This document shows positions 54,745 to 64,000 of a stretch of 64,000 nucleotides of DNA, piece after piece (the stretch's first letter is position 1; each line of letters begins with the position of its first letter). The stretch comes from Eledone cirrhosa. Lineage: Eukaryota. Position numbers and translations under genes: made by a program. A model generated the notes under the pieces. The model was not told the origin of the DNA. It saw only the letters and a list, made by a program, of their open reading frames with translations, and searched no databases. The stretch spans positions 86,738,001 to 86,802,000 of the forward strand of contig OZ024744.1 in NCBI GenBank assembly GCA_964016885.1, in the 5' to 3' direction.

Positions 54745-55210
54745 CCTCAGACAGGCTCATGCGCCAGCTCGACCCGCACGACCTTGCCTGATTTCACGTG
54801 GCCTCCAAACCCCACAGTGGTGCCTGGTTCCATGCCTTACCCTCCTTCTCCATTGGCACGCAGCTGGACAACGATAGCCTCGCACCAGCGTTTCCCTGGG
54901 GCATGGCCTCCGGATCTGCGAGCCACACTAATGTCGCTGCCCTAGGGCTAGCTCCCTACCCACCACCATAGGCGCTGAGCTGGCCAGTCGCAGGTGTGAC
55001 CCTCGCGAGATGGAATGGCTTTTTCAGCGCATCTCCCTTACCGTCCTCCGGGGAAACGCCTGCTCCATTCTGTCCGTCGGGGCTGTTGGGCGGTCAGCAC
55101 GTGGGACCTCATTTGCTCATTATACAGAGAGATGGGGAGGGCGAGAGTGATGGGGGGTGATGACAGGAGGAGTTCGGCTCTTCCGTGTTCGACCACATTG
55201 CACCTGTCAA
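54745..55210 (+). mobile_element. CRE-clade LINE 3' fragment, internally deleted
   Basis: PHSGAWFHALP..GTQLDN and TTIGAELASRRCDPREMEWLFQRISLTVLRGNA; homologous to 21315-21655. Confidence 0.7.
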
Positions 55211-56084
55211 GTTTGTATTTTCATAGTTGTGGCGAACGAACTTTAACATAGATGCAGTTATTAATTGTGTCGACAGATATACAGAAAAAAATATAAAAAT
55301 ACAATTACAAAATATAAGAAATTGACTGCAGATCAACGTACGACGCAACACATTTTCGATTTCCAGTTGAATATGTTTTTCTTTGCTGCTCTCACGCGTC
55401 TCTTTTCCTAACTTTATATGAAATTTACGCTTATTCGAATGAAATATGTTGGACATCTGTCGGTTTCAACGGCGAGCGATCTAGTTGTTTGATCAACAAA
55501 CACAACAGCTTGCTGTTGAAATTAACGTTCAAGTGGATGAACAGAACATTCCATAAACACATTTACCTTTAATATAATGCCGAAGAAAATTCATGGTGAC
55601 ATATGATGTATTACGTGTGGTCTTTTGAATTACACATTGTTTGTTGCCAGCTGAATGAATTGGCAACAATGTGTTTTACCTGTAATTGCGATGCCAAGAA
55701 TCGAACTGAGGAACTTCAGACCGTAAGTCGAATAGCCTAAACAATAAGACAAGTGCTTTCGAAAGAAATGTTCATTAGGCACTTTATCTACCAAGTGAGG
55801 TGTGGAGGTGGGCTGCATTACTGTGATGGGTTGATAAGAGAGAGTACGCACCGTTCCGGGTGCCCTCTTCTTGACAAGTTATTTGCACATCAACCCATCA
55901 CTGATATGCAGTCCACCTCCCACAAATGTACAAGAGCCACTGTATTTCATGATTACGCCCCTAAGTCTCAATGAAGAGTTAAGCACCTATATGTATAATG
56001 GAGCTGACGGTGTTAATGAGGTGTAAAATATATTTCTTTTGATAAAAATAGGATGAAAGCAAAGATAAAAAAAGGAACTGCACA

Positions 56085-56262
56085 CCAGGTCCGAACATGG
56101 AAGAGACGAACTGCCACTGCCATGGCCTCCATCTCTCTCGCCCTCCCCATTTCTCTGTATTATGAGCGAATGGGGACACACATGCTGGCTGACACACGGC
56201 CTCGCAGAACAGAATGAAGAAGGCGTTTCCCCGGAGGATGGTAAGGGAGATGCGCTGGAAGA
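56085..56262 (-). mobile_element. CRE-clade LINE extreme 3' fragment
   Basis: FQRISLTILRGNA and 3' UTR homologous to 55020-55195. Confidence 0.65.
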
Positions 56263-56400
56263 GCCAAAGGCCCCCAAAATATATGAATATTTTTAATTTA
56301 CTCTAGAATTGCAAATTATTATTTGATTAGTGAATATCATTGATTGAGAAAGATATTTAAGACGACTTAGGTGCATCTTCGCAACAGAGTACGTTTAAGG

Positions 56401-56680
56401 AATAATTGTTTCTACTTTAAGCAGAAGGCCAGCAATTTGAAGAGGAAAGGAAAGTCGATCAAATCGACACCAGTGTATTACTGGGTCTTTATTTTACCGA
56501 CTCCATAAAGATGAAAGGATGTCTAAGAAATAATTGTTTCTACTTTTGGCACAAGGTCAGTAATTATCAAAGTGCATTACTGGTACTTTATTTTATCGAA
56601 CCCGTAAGGATGAAAGGCAATGTTAACCTCGGCGGCATTTGAACACAGAACGTAAATGGCCATAACTCTATGCTGCCAAG
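56401..56680 (-). mobile_element. Two partial tRNA-derived SINE copies
   Basis: Core domain. Confidence 0.8.
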
Positions 56681-57441
56681 CCTAGAGTTATGAACCTAAG
56701 GTTATGGAATCATAGAAAAATAATATTTGAAAATACAAAGAAAAAAAAATTAGGCGTGAGATGTCTGTATTATACATTGTCACACCAACATTAAGAACAA
56801 GAATAGCAGCACCTACACATTTTGGCATTCTAAATACTTTGTTGCTCTCATTTTCTGCATTTCCATTTTCATTTATGAGAACAAGGCAACGGATGAGACT
56901 ATCTTTTTTACTTAATGTTTTATTCATACATTTATTTCATTTTTATTTGGGTAGTGCCAGTGTATGACTAAAACAGAGGAGTTTTATGGATAAAAAAAAA
57001 AATTCAGACAAACTCTCAGAGAATTGAGTCTTTGACCATCCGGTGCCTTGTGTTATTTGAAACCAGGGTTATAAAGAAGAAAAAAGGTGCTTATAATTTT
57101 AAGGCGAGTCATTGCCTCAAATGTTTACCAAACAACAGTAGAAGCAGCAAAGATGAAAAGAAATGAAACAAATTCATTGCCATCTTTATTGACTTGCCAT
57201 ATCTTTAGTTCTTGAAGTCTTCTTAATATTACACCGAACCCACCTTTGCCCTATTTTTCTTTCGTTCTTCTGTCTTTTTAATTTTATCTATATATGCACA
57301 CACAGACACACACATATACATACATACACGCACACACATATATATGCGTATCTCTTCCTGTCTCCCCCCTCTTTCATTATATATATATATATATACTCGT
57401 ATATATGCGTGTGTGTGTGTGAGTGTGTATGTATATATATG

Positions 57442-57558
<117 letters not shown>

Positions 57559-58169
57559 GAGAGAGAGAGAGAGATGGAGAGATTTATATAAATATACACG
57601 CCATATATATCTATATTGTTTCATTTAATCTTTCATGCTTTTTTCGATATTCTAACTAAGGACCTTTAATGTATTTTTTGCCTTGATTCTCCCAACAAAC
57701 CTGGCTTTACTAGTAACATTTCAACACAACCACAATTCTCTTCATTGTCACTACCAGGAACAATATGATCATAGTGTGCATGGTAACTACCACTCATTTC
57801 TTCCATCATCATCACCTCCACACCCTACACACACACACACACACACACACACACGTAGAAACCAACGAGACACACACACAACACACATACGACAAACACA
57901 ATAAATTTAATCGCACTTACTACTTACACAACCACATGATCATTCACTTATTTAAGAAGATAGACCCATATAAGCTAACACTCTCACGCATATAACAAAT
58001 TTACCCCCACCTCCTTCCTCTACATACACAGGCACAGAGGCATACATACCACTGAGCTATTTCAATATGACTGTTTAGTGTTCTGTAGAGGAATCGTTTA
58101 ATATTGATTGATGACAGTATTTTTGCCGAAGTGTATAGATTAATTATTATGTCGACCCATTTAATTTTA

Positions 58170-58355
58170 ATTGTTTCCACTTTTGGCACAAGGCCAGCAA
58201 ATACCCAGTGTATTACTGGTACTTTATTTTATCGACCCCGTAAGGATGAAAGGCAAAGTTTAGCTCGCCGGGATTTGAACTCAGAACGTAAAGGGACGTA
58301 ACTCTATGCTAGAAAGCATGGCTGCCAATCCTCTACCGATACTGCCAATCCACCG
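58170..58355 (-). mobile_element. tRNA-derived SINE flanked by CGACCCATTTAATTTTAAT direct repeats (probable TSD)
   Basis: Direct repeat at 58153-58171 and 58354-58372. Confidence 0.85.
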
Positions 58356-58479
58356 ACCCATTTAATTTTAATGTAGTGTGGTAGTGAAAAAATGGAGGAA
58401 CAAGAAGAGGTTGGGAAAATGCGGATGAGGAGTGACATACTAAGCTAAGGCGATGCGGATTACGACGTTAATCACGATA

Positions 58480-59150
58480 TTAGCGATGATGATGATGATA
58501 GCAATGATGAACATGTTGACAATGATGATCATGATCATGATGGCGGTGACGAGGATGTGGATAAATGAGAAAAAGAAGGTTATGATAACGATGACGTAGA
58601 TTTTTACTGAAGATGATGACGATAATGATGATAATAATCATTGTCATCTTTGTCATCATAATCACAACTACAACCAGCACCCTCCTCCTCCTCCTGCTCC
58701 TCCTGCTCCTCCTCCTCCCCCTCATCTTCTCCTCCTCCTCTTCATCCTCCCCTCCTCCACTCCTCCACTCCCCCCTCCTTGCCCCCTCCCTTCCCCCCAT
58801 CTCTTCCTCCTTGTCCACCTCCTCTCCCTCCTCCCATCCTCCTCTCCCCCTCCTTGTCCACCTCCTCTTCCCCCGCCGCCTCATCTCTACAGCCTGCTCT
58901 TTGTCATTATCATTATCACTGTCATCATCATCAAAATCACCGTCATCATCATCATCATCATCATCACCCATCATCATCATCATCATCATAACGATTTTTA
59001 GGTTGACAGTGTTGATGCTCAAAGAATCATATAGATCATTGTGGTGATGATGATAATGATGATGGTGAACTGGTGGTGGGGATGATAATGGTGAAGAAGT
59101 GGATGAGGATGAAGATGAATTTGATGATGATGATGATGATGATGATGTTA

Positions 59151-59203
<53 letters not shown>

Positions 59204-59410
59204 CGTGGTGGTGATGATGATGATATTCACGATGTCGATGATGATGATGATGATGATGATGTTGATGGTGATGATGTTGATGGTGATGATGATGATGATG
59301 ATTATATTCACGACGTCGATGATGAACGACATTTATCATGGAGAATGGCGACAACAAACAACAAACAACAACAAACAACAACAACAACAACAACAACAAC
59401 AAAAACATAA
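58480..59410. repeat. Compound trinucleotide microsatellites (GAT, CCT, ATC, AAC)
   Basis: Direct observation. Confidence 0.9.
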
Positions 59411-60242
59411 AGAAAAGAAAAGGAAAGCAAAAAACAAAAAATAAGTAAATAAAATAAAATAAAAGAGAAAATAAAAGAAAAAGGTAGAAAAAAAATTAAA
59501 AAGGAGATAAAGAACATTAAAATAAACCAAAATAGGGTTACAAGTAATAAATAGCTAGCAACTCCCGGTACATGTTTATATCTAACAAGCCTTCAAACAG
59601 TCAATTTTAATCATTATCAAGAATATCGCCATTTTACTTAGGTGCTTCTTTTGTTTTGTTTCATTTTATTAATATATTTTTTCAAAATTTATTTGTCCTT
59701 TATATATTTTTTTTATTACTTTCATCGCTCTTCTTATTTCGGTATATTTATGTCATTTCTTCTGTATTTACTTCCATTTTTTCCCGTATTTTGCCTATTT
59801 TTTTTTGTTTTTTTTCTTTGCTTGTTTTGTTTTCAGTTTTTCATTTTTCGTCTTTCGTTCATACTCTGCTTTTTTTTTTGCTTTTTATAAATATATATTT
59901 GTTTTGGTTTCACTTCCATTTTCTTTTGTTTTATATATATATATATATATATAAATTTTTCTTGAACTAATTCTACTTTGTTTCCTCTATCATAGCATTT
60001 TTCTGAACAATACTATCAATTTCGTTAAGGTGCTCCTCTTATAACTATCTTATATTTAATTTGAGTAATAAAATTTGAGTAATAATAAAATTTATATACT
60101 TCTTTATTTCTTTATTTCTTTATTCATTTATTTGTTTGTTTCAGCATTTATTTTGTTTTGGCAGAAAATATGAAAGAATTCTTTTATGTCTTATACCCCC
60201 CCCCCCGAAAAAAACAAAGCAAATCAAAACAAAACAAATATA

Positions 60243-60317
<75 letters not shown>

Positions 60318-60342
60318 ACATACACATATATATATATATATA

Positions 60343-60414
<72 letters not shown>

Positions 60415-60416
60415 TA

Positions 60417-60612
60417 TAACGAAGGTGTTGTGGTAAGGAAACAGATGGACTATAACGCACCAGAGTACTCAATACTTAGGGTAGTAGAGTGGGTAATAGG
60501 AAAATGTATGACCCCCGACGGCAGAGCTCAAGCATTTTCGATGGCTATTTCTGGTCCAGAAATAGCCGTCGAAAATGATTGAGCTCTGCCGTCGGGGTCA
60601 TACATTTTCCTA
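60417..60612 (+). mobile_element. Short (TA)n-embedded element with ~115-nt terminal palindrome, copy 3
   Basis: 60497-60612 folds into a near-perfect hairpin centred on CTGGTCCAG. Confidence 0.8.
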
Positions 60613-60679
60613 TATATATATATATATATATATATGAAACAAAAACAAAGAGCGCTTACATCATCCATTAATCTTATTT

Positions 60680-60724
60680 GCTGACAGTGTTTCGTCCTTG
60701 CATAATTACAGGACTCATCAGAGC
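60680..60724 (-). ncRNA. Canonical-core type I hammerhead ribozyme
   Basis: GCT-CTGATGA-GTCCT(gtaattatgca)AGGAC-GAAA-CACTG-TC-AGC; GUC cleavage triplet. Confidence 0.82.
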
Positions 60725-61201
60725 GTTATAAAGAGGAATGAGATGAATAGTATAAGCTCTACCGACCTATATCACAAGAACGATCCATATGTAGCACAGA
60801 GGACTAAGAAGAGTGGGGTGCTTGGACGACGCGTCACCGCTAGAAGCTGATACATATTAAGACCAAAATCAGTTACAATAATTAAAGATAAGGAAAAATA
60901 AAAGATAAGGAAGTTAAAGATAAGAGATAAAGCGTAAAGGGTAGAGTCTAGAAGAAAGGATAAAATAAAGATAACAATAAAGTGATGATAATATAAGAAA
61001 ATATAAAAAAAAATTATAAAAAATAATAAAAATAAAAATGAGAATAAAATATGAGAATAAAAGGTGATAAAAATAAAGATAAAAATAAAAATGAAACATG
61101 AAAGATAACAGATTATATAAGCCATGCAAATAAATGCAAACAAATGTAGTTGTAGACAGTAAAGAATTTCAGAGGTGACATATATATATATATACTATAT
61201 A

Positions 61202-61306
<105 letters not shown>

Positions 61307-61393
61307 GGAGGTGAGTTTTATTGTAGTACAATAAAGCAATGCAGATATCGGATAAGAAGCACTCTACAGTTTGTAGGACTGGAGTATACATAA

Positions 61394-61620
61394 TATATAA
61401 GATCAAAAGATGGTTAAAAGAGTTCCATGTATTTTATTATGCGCATTTCATGATATGTTGATTTAAAACTGCACTATCCACAAGTGTTTTTTAACCTTCA
61501 TATCATGTCTTCCTATTTTATCTGATGATAACACAAATGTTTTGGCATGATGATATTTGTTTTTGAAATGAGCATAATAAAATACATGGAAGTCTTTTAA
61601 CCATCTTTTGATCTTATATA
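61394..61620. mobile_element. Fold-back element with ~57-bp inverted arms enclosing an HHR
   Basis: 61394-61450 is inverted relative to 61564-61620. Confidence 0.75.
61514..61584 (+). ncRNA. Type I hammerhead ribozyme, family B-related
   Basis: TATTTTAT-CTGATGA-TAACACAAATGTT..GATATTTGTTTTT-GAAA-TGAGCA-TA-ATAAAATA. Confidence 0.72.
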
Positions 61621-61766
61621 TATATATAAGCAGAAGGGATATTCAATTTGGTTGTAATTCAACAAATATAAATGTTTATAACTGATTCAGAGCACTCGAC
61701 AGATTTTCTGGAGTATAATATACAATGATATTAAATAAATGGAAACTATATTTATGAAACCATATT

Positions 61767-61827
61767 TATTCTATTATATATATTTCAAGGGTACCAAAAT
61801 TTTGGTACGCTATCATCAGATAAAATA
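61767..61827 (-). ncRNA. Type I hammerhead ribozyme, family B (within element 61625-61862)
   Basis: TATTTTAT-CTGATGA-TAGCGTACCAAAATTTTGGTACCCTT-GAAA-TATATA-TA-ATAGAATA. Confidence 0.78.
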
Positions 61828-62059
61828 CGAAGTGTGTTTTATAAATGTTGACATAACCAAGGAGAATATACGGTAACGGTTCAAGTTTTTCCTTGGATAG
61901 CATACATTCACTGCGCAATCAACTTAATTTTTACATACAATGGATTTGTTAAAAGTTTTGTTTGGATATCGTCTTTTCTATTGTACTGAAAGTACTCTAC
62001 ATAATACATGTGCAGTAACTAATATTGCTATTTCCTCTATATTATACCAAGTGTTGATG

Positions 62060-62217
62060 ACTGTTGAAGACGCTATTTTTTTCATAAAATAATTCTCAAA
62101 ATCTACCATGCGTCCTGGAGGCCGAAGGTTGTTTATTATTTTTCTTCAAATTTTTGGGTGTCAAATTTATGGTGCGTCCTCGAGGACGAAGCGTCTTCGG
62201 CGCCGGGAAATACGGTA
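62060..62217 (-). mobile_element. Tc1/mariner-type MITE
   Basis: TIR CTTCGGCGCCGGGAAATACGGTA; homologous to the split copy at 33256-33812. Confidence 0.65.
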
Positions 62218-62409
62218 TTCATTCGTGATTATTCCAATGCCACCTAATATTATAGACACTTTTTCGTTCTTTTCAATCCTATTATCATTGTTATTTAACA
62301 ATATCTATATCATCTGAAAAATAGAAGGAAATACGTATAACCCTATTTCTCTGAAAAATATGTTACGAGTAATTAAAACTATATTTGATTATGAGCAGGT
62401 ACACTATAA

Positions 62410-62918
62410 ATTTTAGGTTCCGGGTTCAATCCTCCGAGATCAACTTTACCTTTCGTCTTTGCACAATCGGTAGGATGAAGTATCAGTCAAGAATTGAGGT
62501 CAACATAATCGACTTTCCACTCTCCACTAATTCGTGACTTTCTGTCAATGCTAGACGTCATGCTTTGTAGCATAGAGTTACGTCTCTTTACGGTCTGAGT
62601 TCAAATCCTCTCGAGGTTAACTTTCCCTTTCATCCTAAAGGGGTCGATAAAATAAAATACCAGTAATGCACTGGGATAATTGCTGGCCTTGTGCCAAATA
62701 TAGAAACAATTATCATTTTAGATCGGTGGTTTGGCAGTATCGGTAGAAAGTCGGACGCCATGCTTTGCAGCATAGAGTTACGGCCCTTTCCATTCTGAGT
62801 TCAAATTCCACCGAGGTTAACTTTTTCTTTCATCCTTACGGGGTCGATAAAATAAAATACCAGTAATGCACTGGGATAATTGCTGGCCTTGTGCCAAATA
62901 TAGAAACAATTATTATTA
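62410..62918 (+). mobile_element. Cluster of three tRNA-derived SINE copies
   Basis: B boxes and core domains; the last two copies are tandem and near-identical at their 3' ends. Confidence 0.85.
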
Positions 62919-63321
62919 TTTTAGATCGTGTATTGGATTAGCAAATTTGTTAGAGTTTTGGCCAAAAATGTTCATTTAGTTACAATACTTTTACTTTCAG
63001 AATTCTAAACTCTAGAGGTTTGGTTTTGGGACAATCATCACGTAACGAATCCTTAATATCTACAATTGTACTGTCGTGTTTCAGTAAAGAAAAACAAAAT
63101 GTTACACCCAACAAATTAAAAAATGTTAAAAGGCTGACAATCTAGAGAAACTAGATATAATAACGAAATGGACAAATATCGAACACCAATCTATGAATTT
63201 ACCAATGAAAAGGGACAACATGACAACAATCAAACTAAATCACTATAACAAATCACATTTAACAACACATCAATAGTAATGATAGGTACCCCAAACAACG
63301 AACACTCTAAAATATATATAA

Positions 63322-63935
<614 letters not shown>

Positions 63936-64000
63936 AATTATAGAAAGAGATCGCTAAATCGCCTAATGCGGTCACTAGGGCATTAACAATTTGAACATTT

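Overview
AT-rich, microsatellite-saturated eukaryotic DNA, intergenic or intronic. It is probably from an octopod cephalopod, inferred from more than 20 copies of an octopus-type tRNA-derived SINE. No host protein-coding gene can be supported, and nearly all ORF-track entries are microsatellite artefacts. Mobile-element content: two near-complete decayed Penelope-like elements (RT + GIY-YIG; 25.2-29.3 kb and 45.2-49.3 kb), two Tx1/L1-type LINE relics, RTE and CRE fragments, non-autonomous Helitrons, a Tc1/mariner-type MITE and many SINEs. The most notable signal, read by eye, is about 14 recognisable type I hammerhead ribozyme (HHR) motifs plus a few decayed ones, in at least 6 sequence families. 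They include (i) a tandem/inverted array of ~454-bp units with one minimal HHR per unit, a non-LTR retrozyme-like candidate circRNA source at 12.4-14.1 kb; (ii) an AT-rich HHR family whose stem II changes in sequence but stays paired; (iii) an HHR embedded in a ~50-bp extended stem I; and (iv) a core-deletion variant. Most of these elements are fold-back structures next to (TA)n tracts, in the same window as their likely Penelope helpers. None of the ribozyme calls has been tested computationally or biochemically.
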